Source: Alphaproteobacteria bacterium
Lineage (GTDB): Bacteria; Pseudomonadota; Alphaproteobacteria; UBA828
Direction: 5' to 3'
DNA length: 64,000 nucleotides
Assembly: GCA_965220745.1 (NCBI GenBank)
Contig: CBDCQT010000012.1
Location: forward strand, 384,001 to 448,000
The translations under genes and the position numbers were made by a program. Position 1 is the first letter of the stretch. Each line of letters opens with the position of its first letter. Shown here piece after piece: positions 40,043 to 50,149 of this stretch. Under the pieces are notes generated by a model, which saw nothing but the letters and a program-made list of their open reading frames with translations, ran no database searches and was not told where the DNA came from.

Positions 40043-41193
40043 GCGGTTCGGGCCCGATCTATCTCGACTACAACGCCACGGCGCCGATCAAGCCGGCGGT
40101 GGTGGAGGCTGTGGCCGAGGCGATGCTGCTGGCCGGCAATCCGTCGTCGGTGCACGGCTTCGGCCGCGACGTGCGCAAGCGCATCGAGGACGCGCGCGAG
40201 CAGATCGCGGCGCTGGTGGACTGCACCCCGGCGGAGCTGGTCTTTACCGCAGGCGGCACCGAGGCCAACAACACCGCACTCAGGGGCGCCGGCCGGCGGG
40301 CGCTGATCGTCAGCGCCATCGAGCATCCGGCGATCCTGCGCACGGCCGAGGCCGTGGCGGACGACCTCGTCGTGCTGCCGGTGGATGGCGACGGCGTGCT
40401 CGACATGGCCGCGCTCGGTGCGGCGCTGGCGGCGCACGGGCCGGAGGCGCTGGTCTCGGTCATGCTGGCGAACAACGAGACCGGCGTGATCCAGCCGGTG
40501 GCAGAGATCGCGTCGCGGGCCAAGGTGGCGGGCGCGCTGGTGCATTGCGATGCGGTGCAGGCGCCCGGCCGGATTCCGGTCTCCTTCGCCGGGCTCGGCG
40601 TCGACATGATGAGCATCGCCGCGCACAAGTTCGCCGGGCCCAAGGGGATTGGCGCGTTGATCGTGCGCGGAGGGCTGGATGTCGCGCCTCTCATCACCGG
40701 CGGCGGGCAGGAACGGGGCCTGCGCGGCGGTACCGAGAACGCCGCCGGCATCGTCGGCTTCGGCGCGGCGGCTGCCCTTGCCCGTGACGACCTCGCGCGG
40801 GCAGGCGAGATCGTGGCGCTCCGGGATCGGCTGGAGGCGCGGCTGCGCGAGACCGAGCCCGATGTCGTCATCTTCAGCGAAGGGGCAGCGCGCTTGCCCA
40901 ACACCAGCTGCCTCACCATGCCGGGCGTGCAGAGCGAAACGCAGGTCATGGGCCTCGATCTCGCGGGCGTCGCGGTGAGCGCGGGCTCCGCCTGCTCCTC
41001 CGGCAAGGTGGAACCCAGTCATGTGTTGCGCGCGCTCGGTGCGCCCGATGGCATCGGCGGTTGCGCCATCCGGGTCAGCCTGGGCTGGGCCACCACCGAG
41101 GACGAGGTCGAGCGCTTCCTGGGCGCCTGGCGGGCGCTCTACGCGGGCCTCACCAACCGCTGGAAGGCCGGCGTCTCGGCCGCTGCAGGATAG
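40039..41193 (+). CDS. iscS: Cysteine desulfurase (IscS/NifS type)
   Basis: YLDYNAT, GNPSSVH, NNETG, AHKFAGPKG, SAGSACSSG; ATGA overlap with iscR. Confidence 0.92.
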   Translation: MSGSGPIYLDYNATAPIKPAVVEAVAEAMLLAGNPSSVHGFGRDVRKRIEDAREQIAALVDCTPAELVFTAGGTEANNTALRGAGRRALIVSAIEHPAILRTAEAVADDLVVLPVDGDGVLDMAALGAALAAHGPEALVSVMLANNETGVIQPVAEIASRAKVAGALVHCDAVQAPGRIPVSFAGLGVDMMSIAAHKFAGPKGIGALIVRGGLDVAPLITGGGQERGLRGGTENAAGIVGFGAAAALARDDLARAGEIVALRDRLEARLRETEPDVVIFSEGAARLPNTSCLTMPGVQSETQVMGLDLAGVAVSAGSACSSGKVEPSHVLRALGAPDGIGGCAIRVSLGWATTEDEVERFLGAWRALYAGLTNRWKAGVSAAAG

Positions 41194-41207
41194 GCGCAGC
41201 CCGACCC

Positions 41208-41534
41208 GTGCCCTCCATGACCTTCATCGACCCCGATGGCACCCGCCACGAGGTCGAGGCGCCCGTCGGCGACTCCGTGCTGGATATCGCCTTCCGCCAC
41301 GGCATCGACATCGAGGGCGCGTGCGAGGGCGCGATGGCGTGCTCGACCTGTCACGTCATCGTCGATCCCGCGTGGTACGGCAAGCTCGAGGAGAAGTGCG
41401 AGGACGAGGAGGACATGCTCGATCTCGCGCTGGGCCTCACGCGCACCTCGCGCCTCGGCTGCCAGATCGTCATCACCGAGACGCTGGACGGGCTGGTGGT
41501 GACGCTGCCGGCAGAAACCAGCAACATGATGTGA
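41208..41534 (+). CDS. fdx: Adrenodoxin-type [2Fe-2S] ferredoxin
   Basis: EGACEG..ACSTCHV, EEDMLD.A, SRLGCQ. Confidence 0.92.
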   Translation: MPSMTFIDPDGTRHEVEAPVGDSVLDIAFRHGIDIEGACEGAMACSTCHVIVDPAWYGKLEEKCEDEEDMLDLALGLTRTSRLGCQIVITETLDGLVVTLPAETSNMM

Positions 41535-41583
41535 TGGGGTGCCCGGCGCCCCATCCCACGCAGGCCAGGCGGGACGCAAGACG

Positions 41584-42267
41584 ATGACGGAGGTAGAGGC
41601 GGGCTTCTTCGCGGGGCTACGCGAGGCCGCCGGGGACGACTGGCGGGCGTATGTCGAGCATCCCTTCGTGCAGGGCCTCGGCGACGGCACTCTGCCCGAG
41701 GCCGCGTTCCGCCGTTATTTGGTTCAGGACTATCTGTTCCTGATCCAGTTCGCCCGCGCCTACGGGCTCGCCGCCTACAAGGCGGACACCCTGGCCGAAA
41801 TCCGCGCGGCGTCCGACGGCCTCAAGGCCCTGGTCGAGGTCGAGATGGACCTGCACCGCGCCTATTGCGCCGACTGGGGGATCGTGGAGGCCGACCTCGA
41901 AGCGGTCGAGGCCGATGGCGCGACCCTCGCCTATACGGCTTACGTGCTGGAGCGCGGGCTGGCCGGCGACCTGCTCGACCTGCGGGTGGCGCTCGCGCCC
42001 TGCGTCATAGGTTATGGCGAGATCGGCGCCCGTCTTGCGGCCGAGCCTGGGGCGCACGGCGCTGGCAACCCCTACGGCCCCTGGATCGAGATGTATGCCG
42101 GCGAGGAGTACCAGACGTTCATGCGTGCCGAGATCGAGGCGCTGGGCGCGCTCGCGGCGGGCCGCGGCGGCTCCGCACGCTTCGCGCGGCTTGCCGAGAC
42201 CTTCCGCATGGCGACCCGGCTGGAAGCCGCGTTCTGGCAGGCCGGCCTCGACGCCGCCGGGACCTGA
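41584..42267 (+). CDS. tenA: TenA/thiaminase II family protein
   Basis: HPFV..L.DGTLP, YLVQDYLFL..FAR, LAPC..GY, NPY..WI..Y, LE..FW. Confidence 0.92.
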   Translation: MTEVEAGFFAGLREAAGDDWRAYVEHPFVQGLGDGTLPEAAFRRYLVQDYLFLIQFARAYGLAAYKADTLAEIRAASDGLKALVEVEMDLHRAYCADWGIVEADLEAVEADGATLAYTAYVLERGLAGDLLDLRVALAPCVIGYGEIGARLAAEPGAHGAGNPYGPWIEMYAGEEYQTFMRAEIEALGALAAGRGGSARFARLAETFRMATRLEAAFWQAGLDAAGT

Positions 42268-42515
42268 CAGACACGCACGACGCCGAAACATGGTCTGGTG
42301 CACGGTGCTTGGCGCCCGTGCCAGGATCGCGCCATGAGGTGTGTAGGCGATCGGAATACGGCCGGCCGGAGGAGCGTTCGCTCCGCAATCGAGAGGCTGC
42401 CCCTCTCAGTATGCACGCGGTCGTCCCTGCGGAATCCCGTCCATCCCGCTGAATCCCGGCGTGTCCCGCAACAAAATTAAGGTTGTGTGTCCCACGTGAG
42501 ACGCGGGAGGGGTAG

Positions 42516-42543
42516 TTGCGCCCCGCCAGCGCAACCCTATAGT
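42516..42543 (+). promoter_or_regulatory. Possible sigma70 promoter giving a leaderless mnmA transcript
   Basis: TTGCGC-16 nt-TATAGT, then 7 nt to the ATG with no Shine-Dalgarno. Confidence 0.45.
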
Positions 42544-42550
42544 GCGCGCC

Positions 42551-42691
42551 ATGCCCGCAGAGACCCTCGACCTCGGCCTCGCCAAGCCGCGCCGGCAGAC
42601 GCGCGTGGTCGTTGCCATGTCCGGCGGCGTCGATTCGTCCGTTGTTGTTCGGCACGTCGGTTGCGCGCCGACCGGCGCAATAAGCTATTGA
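42551..42691 (+). pseudogene. mnmA: 5' fragment of tRNA 2-thiouridylase MnmA, truncated after about codon 32
   Basis: MPAETLDLGLAKPRRQTRVVVAMSGGVDSSVV, then unrelated residues and TGA at 42689; expected location after iscS-fdx. Confidence 0.82.
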
Positions 42692-42734
42692 AGTGGCTCG
42701 ATACTGGGGGGTCACAATTGCACGCCGGGCAACA
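42643..42734. mobile_element. IS21-like end / miniature remnant at the mnmA breakpoint
   Basis: Ends GGGGGTCACAATTGCACGCCGGGCAACA (IS21-type ...ACA terminus); begins TGTTGTTCGGC, an imperfect inverted match. Confidence 0.55.
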
Positions 42735-43002
42735 CACCAGGCTGTCCACGGTCTCGATCGACCGCATGCTCTGGACCGTCGAGCGCAGGAAGTGCGCCAG
42801 CGGGCGGCCCTCCCGCACCGTGATCAGCAGCTCGGCCTCTGCATTCGCGAGGATCGCGGCCTGACGGCGGAGATGATCTTCGAGTTGCGACAGCCGCGCA
42901 GGCGGATAGATCGGAACCGGGATGCACCCTGCATAGAGAATCCCGGCGAAGGCGTGCAGAAAGCCGGCGCATGTGGGCAGCATCAGGGCGACGCGGGCGC
43001 CG
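42735..43002 (-). pseudogene. Internal fragment of a fatty acyl-AMP ligase / AMP-binding enzyme
   Basis: GARVALMLPT...AFAGILYAGCIPVPIYPP...ILANAEA..LIT. Confidence 0.72.
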
Positions 43003-44000
43003 GAACTCGGTGAACAGGCGCGCCGGCTGGCCGCTCTCCCGCGAGCGGGCTTCGGCCAGGTCCAGGTCCGGTTGCAGGCGGTCCGTGAGCCGCGAGTTTC
43101 GGGCGAGGCCGAAGACGTAATCCACGCCGTTCTCCTCGCACCAGGCCATCAGCGCCTCGCGGGCGAAGCCGGAGTCTGCGCGCAGCACGATCTCGACGGC
43201 GGGCCAGCGGGCGCGGATGCGCGCGACGATGCGCGCCACCTCTTCGGCCGCGCCGGCGCTGGCGTCGATGTCGGCCCGCCTCAGCTTGGCCGCCAGCAGG
43301 TGATCGCCGCAGAAGATGTAGAGCGGCAGATAGCAGTAGCAGTCGTAGTAGCCGTGGAAGAAGCGGCCTTCCTGATGGCCGTGCAGCGGGTCGTCGGTGG
43401 CATCCAGATCGAGGATCAGCCGCTCAGGGGCTTGCCCGTGGGCGTCGAGGAAGAGATCGACGAAAAGCGTCTCGATTGCCTCAGGCTCATGACCGATCCG
43501 GCGGTAGCGATGGGCGCCCGAAGGCGCGTGCTCCAGACGGTTCAGCGTCGACTTGCCCGCAAGCGGCGCACAGCCCGCACGCCTGGCCTCCAGACGCCCC
43601 AGCACCACACCCAGAACAGGGTCGTGGCGCAGCGCGTCGTGGTCGATCAGGTCCTCGTAGCCCAACGCGATCCCGAACACCCGCTGGCCCACCAGGGTCG
43701 CGACATCGTGCACCACACGCCCGGCCGCGCGCCCGTCCGAGAAGCAGGCGGCGAAGCGATCCACCAGTCCGATCGCCCGGTCCGTGGCGCCGAGCAGCAA
43801 GGCGCCCGCGTCCGAGGTCATCACGCCGCCGCCGAAATCGGCCACCACATCACGACCATCGAGACGTGCAAACTGCATCGCGGCAGCGCTACACTCTGCG
43901 GGCATCGGGGAACTCCTCTGCAACTGATTAGGTCTTTGTTGCAGAAGAGCTTTCTCACGAGCAGAGCCCCGATGCACACTCTACTCGTGAGAAATACGGG
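43003..44000 (-). mobile_element. IS1380-family element, 3'-truncated (transposase ATG at 43905)
   Basis: FGGG.MTSDAG, GYEDL.DHD.LRHDP, LDLDATDDPLHGHQEG, RADSGF; left end CCCGTATTTCTCACGAG at 44000; breaks after FTEFR. Confidence 0.9.
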
Positions 44001-44184
44001 CTAGGCCCGGCTGAGCCGTGCGAGCACCCGCAGTATATCCCAAAGTCTCCAAAATCTGTCGTCCGACGATAAATCGGTCAGGCATGGGGCACAGCATGGG
44101 ACCTCGATGCCGGCCAGGTTTCCTTGCCCCGCGGCGGTGTGCCGCAACGGCCGAGCGCGCTTAGAAACTCAAATCGGTCTTCCC

Positions 44185-44230
44185 TGTAACCGGTCACATG
44201 CGCTATGGTTGGCTCACGTAACCGGTTACA
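44185..44230. promoter_or_regulatory. Two LacI-family-type palindromic operators
   Basis: TGTAACCGGTCACA (44185-44198) and GTAACCGGTTACA (44218-44230) upstream of the ABC operon. Confidence 0.7.
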
Positions 44231-44398
44231 AATCATAAGACCGGATGCCTTGGGTCAATGGGGAGGATGTCCGCGTGCGCTCCGCCGCGAGACCATCATC
44301 TGAGAGCGAAATGTCGACATGATTGCACGATCGGATACTCACGAGCCCATTGCCGAGACTGGACTCTCAACTACCGCAAATCGAAAGGAGTGCTCGAC

Positions 44399-45373
44399 AT
44401 GAAACGCACCGGCTTCATGGCAGTCGTCGCGGCAGGTGTGGCGATGCTGTTCGCATCGTCCGCGTCTGCCCTCGACAAGATCACGGTCGCCTACTTCCTC
44501 GAGTGGCCGACCGCGAACCAGGTCGCGCAGCTCGAGAAAACCTATGACGAGGCGATGGGCGTCGAAGTCGAGTGGCGCGCCTTCGGCAACGGCAACGAGA
44601 TGAGCCAGGCGATGGTCTCTGGCGACGTGCAAATCGCCTATTCCCAGGGGCTGGTTCCGTGGGTGGTCGCGGTCACCAACGGGTTGCCTCTCAAGCTCGT
44701 CGGCGTGGCGGTGAGCTATGCGGAGGCCGACAACTGCGTCGTCCACGCCGACACCGGCATCACGCAGGCGAATGCGAGCGAGCTTGAGGGCAAGCAGATC
44801 GCGACTCCGATCGGCAACGTGACCCACTACAAGCTCTTGCGCACCCTCGATCACCTGGGAGTGGACGCCTCGAAGGTCAACATGGTGCAGATGAATGGCG
44901 CCGACGCGTCGGTCGCGCTCGCACGCGGAGACGTCGCCGCGGCCTGCGCCTTCGGCGGCCCGCTCCAGCGGATGAAGGAATACGGCGACGAGCTGATGAC
45001 TCCGGCAGAGCAGGAGGCCATCGGCATTCGCGTCTTCGACGTCGTCTCGGTGACCGAGAGCTTCGCCAACGACCATCCCGACCTGCTGCGGAAGTTCATG
45101 GAGGTCACCGATCAGGCGAATGCGGCCTACAACGCGGATTCGGCGCCATTCGTGGAGACCATCTCCCAGGCAGCCGGCATGGACCTCGCGGCAACGGAAG
45201 ACATGCTCGGCATGTTCTCGTTCCCGTCGGCGGCGGACCAGAAGTCGGAGGCCTGGATGGGCGGCACCGTGCAGGCCTTTACCAAGGAAGTGGCGGATTT
45301 CTTCGTCCAACAGGGCCAGCTTGACAGCGCTCTCGACAGCTACGCCTTCGCGATCGACGACAGCTTCCTCTAA
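44399..45373 (+). CDS. tauA: Taurine/sulfonate ABC transporter substrate-binding protein
   Basis: Signal peptide; TVAYFLEWPT, V.WRAF..G.EM..AM.SG; same operon as xsc. Confidence 0.82.
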   Translation: MKRTGFMAVVAAGVAMLFASSASALDKITVAYFLEWPTANQVAQLEKTYDEAMGVEVEWRAFGNGNEMSQAMVSGDVQIAYSQGLVPWVVAVTNGLPLKLVGVAVSYAEADNCVVHADTGITQANASELEGKQIATPIGNVTHYKLLRTLDHLGVDASKVNMVQMNGADASVALARGDVAAACAFGGPLQRMKEYGDELMTPAEQEAIGIRVFDVVSVTESFANDHPDLLRKFMEVTDQANAAYNADSAPFVETISQAAGMDLAATEDMLGMFSFPSAADQKSEAWMGGTVQAFTKEVADFFVQQGQLDSALDSYAFAIDDSFL

Positions 45374-45420
45374 GCGCGACCGAGCGCGACTGCGGCTGGC
45401 AGGCCGCAGATGCACAACTC

Positions 45421-45455
45421 CTCCCTGCCTCCCCAAGCCTTCGGGAGGCAGGGAG
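45421..45455 (+). other. Intercistronic hairpin after the binding-protein gene
   Basis: CTCCCTGCCTCCC...GGGAGGCAGGGAG 13-bp stem without a U-tract. Confidence 0.55.
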
Positions 45456-45578
45456 GGCATTTCGCTGCCGATAGCCGGTCCTCGCGCAAAGCGGGGGTCG
45501 GTGCCGTGTGCTCGTGGTGCGGGACGCCTGCGGCTGTTACGGTCCAAGCTCTTTGGGACCCGCGAAGAAGGGAGCGTG

Positions 45579-46382
45579 ATGGACGGGCTGGTCATCGACA
45601 ACGTCTCGATGGTCTTCACCTTGCCCAATGGCGGCAAGGTCCACGCCCTCCAGGACGTCTCGCTGCACCTGAAGCCCGGCGAGCTGATGGCTGTACTGGG
45701 TCCCTCGGGCTGCGGCAAGACCACGCTGCTCAACATTGTCGGCGGCTTTCTGGCGCCGACCGCAGGCCAGGCGCTTCTCAACGGTCACCAAGTGACCGGC
45801 CCGCACAAGGAGCGCGGCGTGGTGTTCCAGCAGGGTGCGCTCTTCGAGTGGATGACAGTCGCCCAGAACGTGAGCTTTGGCCCGCGCATGTGCGGCGTGC
45901 CCCGCGCCGAGATCAAGCAGATCGTACGCCGCCTGCTCGACACCGTGGCGCTACAGGGATTCGCCGACAAGCCGGTCTATCAGCTCTCAGGCGGCATGCA
46001 GCAGCGCGTGGCCCTGGCGCGGTGCCTCGCGAACGACCCGGACGTGATCCTGATGGACGAGCCGCTGGGCGCGCTGGACGCGCTCACCCGCGAGAAGATG
46101 CAAGGTCTCGTGCTCAAGCTGTGGAAGGAGACCGGCAAGACCATCATCCTGATTACCCACTCTGTCGAGGAAGCGCTCTTCCTCGGTGAGCGCCTGGTGG
46201 TGATGGCGCCGCGCCCCGGCCGGATACATAAGGAATACACGCTACCCTTCGCCGAGCAGGGGGTCGAAGGGGACGCGCGCGCAATCAAGGCCCAGCCCGA
46301 CTTCATCACTGCCCGCGAGGAAATCCTCTCCATGATCTGGGAGATGGAGGAGGAGATCATGGGCGGCGCCGACGCACGCTGA
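45579..46382 (+). CDS. tauB: Taurine/sulfonate ABC transporter ATPase
   Basis: GPSGCGKTT, LSGGMQQR, MDEPLGALDALTRE, ITHSVEEA. Confidence 0.88.
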   Translation: MDGLVIDNVSMVFTLPNGGKVHALQDVSLHLKPGELMAVLGPSGCGKTTLLNIVGGFLAPTAGQALLNGHQVTGPHKERGVVFQQGALFEWMTVAQNVSFGPRMCGVPRAEIKQIVRRLLDTVALQGFADKPVYQLSGGMQQRVALARCLANDPDVILMDEPLGALDALTREKMQGLVLKLWKETGKTIILITHSVEEALFLGERLVVMAPRPGRIHKEYTLPFAEQGVEGDARAIKAQPDFITAREEILSMIWEMEEEIMGGADAR

Positions 46383-46392
46383 CGAGAAGAGC

Positions 46393-47310
46393 ATGGCGGC
46401 GCGCAATCAAAACAAGCAACCCTCGCGCTGGGGCATGTGGCTCGGCATCGCGGACACCTCGTTCACCCGGCAGAAGACGATCAAGTTCGGCGATGCGTCG
46501 GCGGTGAACTCCGGCCGCCTGTGGTCGGTGCTCACTCTGATCCTGCTGATCCTGGCCTGGTGGATCGCGACCATCAGCGGGTTCATCGATCCCCTCTTCT
46601 GGCCGCCGCTCGAGGGCAGCCTCTATCCGTGGGACAACCCCAATCGGGCGAGGCCCGGCGTGGTCGACCGCTTCGTGAGCCTCTTTGTCGACGGCTACCG
46701 CAACATCTCGCTCTGGGAGCACGTCGGGACCTCGGTCAAGCGCGTGCTCCTCGGCGTGATCATCGGCGCGCTGGTGGGGATCCCGCTTGGCTTTGCCATG
46801 GGCCTGAACTCGGTGGCGCGCGGGCTGTTCGACCCGATCGTCGAGTTCATCCGTCCGATTCCGCCGCTGGCGCTGATTCCGCTGGTCATCCTGTGGCTGG
46901 GGATCGACGAGGTCGCCAAGATCTTCCTGCTCTTCCTGGCGGCGCTCTTCATCATGTTGATCGCTGCCCGCGCCGGCGTGAACTCGGTGCAGATCTCCAA
47001 GGTCCACGCGGCCTACTCTCTGGGCGCTTCCAAGTTCCAGGTGCTGCGCCACGTCATTCTGCCGAACGCCTTGCCGGAGATATTCACGGGGCTGCGGACC
47101 TCCATGGGCGTCTGCTGGGGAACGCTGGTCGCGGCCGAGCTGGTGGCGGCGGATCAGGGCGTCGGCTCGATGATGATGATTGCGAAGAACTTCCTTCAGA
47201 CCGACGTGGTGGTGATCGGCATCATCATCATCGGCGCGATCGGCTTCGCCATCGAGATGTTCATGCGCTTGCTCGAATCTTGGTTGATCCCCTGGAAGGG
47301 GAAGGGCTGA
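46393..47310 (+). CDS. tauC: Taurine/sulfonate ABC transporter permease
   Basis: RPIPPLALIPL..LWLGI, AA.SLGAS, WGTLVAAELVAA, PWKGK. Confidence 0.88.
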   Translation: MAARNQNKQPSRWGMWLGIADTSFTRQKTIKFGDASAVNSGRLWSVLTLILLILAWWIATISGFIDPLFWPPLEGSLYPWDNPNRARPGVVDRFVSLFVDGYRNISLWEHVGTSVKRVLLGVIIGALVGIPLGFAMGLNSVARGLFDPIVEFIRPIPPLALIPLVILWLGIDEVAKIFLLFLAALFIMLIAARAGVNSVQISKVHAAYSLGASKFQVLRHVILPNALPEIFTGLRTSMGVCWGTLVAAELVAADQGVGSMMMIAKNFLQTDVVVIGIIIIGAIGFAIEMFMRLLESWLIPWKGKG

Positions 47311-47377
47311 TGTCCCGGACCTTGTCCAAGTTTGTCTGGCCGCAATGCGGGAACGAAAGGAACAGGAACGTAACGCC

Positions 47378-49144
47378 ATGAGAATGACGACTGAAGAGGC
47401 CTTCGTGAAGGTCCTGCAACGGCACGGAATCGAGCACGTATTCGGCATCATCGGCTCGGCCTTCATGCCGATATCGGATCTCTTCCCGAAGGCCGGGATC
47501 ACCTTCTGGGACGTGGCCCACGAGAGCAACGCCGGCTTCATGTGCGACGGCTATACCCGCGCCACCGGCAAGATCGCCATGTGCATCGGCCAGAACGGCC
47601 CCGGCATCACCAATCTCGTGACCCCGGTGAAGACCGCGTACTGGAACCACACCCCGCTGTTGCTGGTGACCCCCCAGGCGGCCAACAAGACCATCGGCCA
47701 GGGCGGCTTCCAGGAAGTGCCGCAGATGGCGCTGTTCGAGGAGATGGTCTGCTACCAGGAGGAGGTGCGTGATGCCTCCCGCATGGCCGAAGTCCTCAAC
47801 CGGGTGATCGAGAACGCGGTGCGCCAGTCGGCGCCGGCGCAGATCAACGTGCCGCGCGATCTCTGGACCCAGGAGGTCGATATCGAGCTGCCGCCGGTGG
47901 TGCATCTGGAGCGCGCCGCGGGCGGCGAGGACTCGGTGGCGGAAGCCGCGCAGCTGCTCTCGGAGGCGCGCTTCCCGGTCATTCTCTCCGGCGGCGGCGT
48001 GGTCATCGGGGGCGCGATCGATGAGTGCCGGGCGCTGGCCGAGCGCCTCGACGCGCCGGTCTGCTCGGGCTACCAGCACAACGACAGCTTCCCCGGCTCG
48101 CACCCGCTTGCCGTGGGTCCGCTGGGCTACAACGGCTCCAAGGCCGCGATGGAGCTGATAGCGCAGGCCGACGTGGTGCTGGCGCTCGGCACCCGCCTCA
48201 ACCCATTCTCGACGCTGCCGGGCTACGGCATCGACTACTGGCCGAAGGACGCGGCGATCATTCAGGTGGAACTGAATCCGGATCGCATCGGGCTGACCAA
48301 GAAGGTGACGGTCGGGATCTGCGGCGATGCCAGGAAGGTGGCGCGCCAGCTACGCGAGCAGCTGTCGGCCGGCGCCGGCGATGCCGGCCGCGAGGAACGC
48401 CGGGCGACGATCCACAGCACCCGCTCGGCTTGGCTGCAGACGCTTGCCGGCATGGACCACGAGGACGACGATCCCGGAACCACCTGGAACGTGGACGCGC
48501 GAACGCGCGAACCCGACCGGATGTCGGCGCGGATGGCGTGGCGCGCGATCCAGGACGGCTTGCCTAAGGACGCCATCATCTCGTCGGACATCGGCAACAA
48601 CTGCGCCATCGGCAACGCGTATCCCACCTTCGAGGAGGGCCGGAAGTACCTCGCGCCCGGCCTCTTCGGCCCGTGCGGCTACGGCTTTCCGGCCATCCTC
48701 GGCGCCAAGATCGGCTGCCCGGTCGTGCCGGTCGTGGGCTTCGCCGGCGACGGCGCCTTCGGCATCTCCATGAACGAGATGACCTCCATGGGGCGCGAGG
48801 GCTGGCCCGCGATCACCATGGTGGTCTTCCGCAACTACCAGTGGGGCGCGGAGAAGCGGAACTCGATCCTCTGGTACGACAACAACTTCGTCGGCACCGA
48901 GCTGAATCCTAACCTGAGCTACGCCAGGGTGGCGGACGCCTGCGGGCTGAAGGGCGTCGCGGTGAGCACCATGAGGGAGCTGACGACGGCGCTCCGAGAA
49001 TCCTGCGAGGCGCAAGCCGACGGGGTCACCACCTTCATTGAGGTGATCCTGAACCAGGAGCTGGGCGAGCCCTTCCGGCGCGATGCGATGAAGAAGCCCA
49101 ACGTGGTGGCGGGCATCGACGGCGCCGACATGCGCCCCCAATAG
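47378..49144 (+). CDS. xsc: Sulfoacetaldehyde acetyltransferase
   Basis: [59 protein letters not shown]. Confidence 0.96.
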   Translation: MRMTTEEAFVKVLQRHGIEHVFGIIGSAFMPISDLFPKAGITFWDVAHESNAGFMCDGYTRATGKIAMCIGQNGPGITNLVTPVKTAYWNHTPLLLVTPQAANKTIGQGGFQEVPQMALFEEMVCYQEEVRDASRMAEVLNRVIENAVRQSAPAQINVPRDLWTQEVDIELPPVVHLERAAGGEDSVAEAAQLLSEARFPVILSGGGVVIGGAIDECRALAERLDAPVCSGYQHNDSFPGSHPLAVGPLGYNGSKAAMELIAQADVVLALGTRLNPFSTLPGYGIDYWPKDAAIIQVELNPDRIGLTKKVTVGICGDARKVARQLREQLSAGAGDAGREERRATIHSTRSAWLQTLAGMDHEDDDPGTTWNVDARTREPDRMSARMAWRAIQDGLPKDAIISSDIGNNCAIGNAYPTFEEGRKYLAPGLFGPCGYGFPAILGAKIGCPVVPVVGFAGDGAFGISMNEMTSMGREGWPAITMVVFRNYQWGAEKRNSILWYDNNFVGTELNPNLSYARVADACGLKGVAVSTMRELTTALRESCEAQADGVTTFIEVILNQELGEPFRRDAMKKPNVVAGIDGADMRPQ

Positions 49145-50145
49145 TGGACATCGTCGAACGCCTCATCGCGCAAGCGAAACAGCGTCGGCGCACTGTCGTC
49201 CTGCCGGAGGGCGACAATCCGCGAATCCTCCAGGCGGCGCGGCGGCTGCACGACGAAGGCATCGCCCGGCCCGTCCTGATCGGGGCGCGTGGGGCGCTGG
49301 AAGAGACCGCCGCGGCGGCCGGTACTTCGCTCGACGAGATCGAAAGCGTGGCGCCGGCAGAGAGCGGCGCGCTCGACGCTTACGCCGCGCTATACCTCGA
49401 AGGCCGGCCGAAGGCGAACGAGCGGGTAGCGAAGCGCCTGCTTGCCAAGCCCTTGTTCTACGCGGCGATGGCGGTGAAGGCCGGCGATGCCGATGCGCTC
49501 GTGGCCGGCGCCAGTCAGCCCACGGCGCGGGTCATCGAGGCCGGGCTGATGTCGGTGGGTCTCGCGGACGGCATCGCGACGCCGTCGAGCTTCTTCGTGA
49601 TGGTGCCGCGTAGCGGGGGCGAGCCGCTGGTCTTCGCCGACTGCGCGGTCAACGTCGAGCCGGACGCGGAGGCGCTCGCGGATATCGCCATCGCCTCGGC
49701 CGCGAGTGCCGAGCGCCTGCTCGGCGTGCCCGCGCGAGTGGCCCTGCTCTCGTTCTCCACCCATGGCAGTGCGAAGCACCAACGCGTCGAGAAGGTCCGC
49801 CGCGCCGTGGAGATCGTGCGTGCGCTGGCGCCGGGAATCGCTATCGACGGAGAGCTACAGGCGGACGCGGCCCTCGTGCCGCGCGTCGCCAAGCTCAAGA
49901 CGTCGCGCGGAACGCGCGCGGAGCACACCACGAGCCCAAGCGACGTGGCAGGGCGGGCCAACGTTCTGGTGTTCCCGGACCTCGACGCCGGCAACATCGG
50001 CTACAAGCTGTGCGAGCACGCTGGCGGCATGCGCGCGATCGGCCCCTTCCTGCAGGGCTTCGCCAGGCCACTCTGCGATCTCTCGCGGGGCGCGACGGTG
50101 GATGACATCGTGGCCGCCGCAGCCATCACCGCTGCGATGGCCTGA
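49144..50145 (+). CDS. pta: Phosphate acetyltransferase
   Basis: [51 protein letters not shown]. Confidence 0.93.
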   Translation: MDIVERLIAQAKQRRRTVVLPEGDNPRILQAARRLHDEGIARPVLIGARGALEETAAAAGTSLDEIESVAPAESGALDAYAALYLEGRPKANERVAKRLLAKPLFYAAMAVKAGDADALVAGASQPTARVIEAGLMSVGLADGIATPSSFFVMVPRSGGEPLVFADCAVNVEPDAEALADIAIASAASAERLLGVPARVALLSFSTHGSAKHQRVEKVRRAVEIVRALAPGIAIDGELQADAALVPRVAKLKTSRGTRAEHTTSPSDVAGRANVLVFPDLDAGNIGYKLCEHAGGMRAIGPFLQGFARPLCDLSRGATVDDIVAAAAITAAMA

Positions 50146-50149
50146 GCGT

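Noticed and set aside
44359-44370. CTGGACTCTCAA resembling a TauR site
   Set aside because: Only one imperfect copy, whereas TauR sites are direct repeats.
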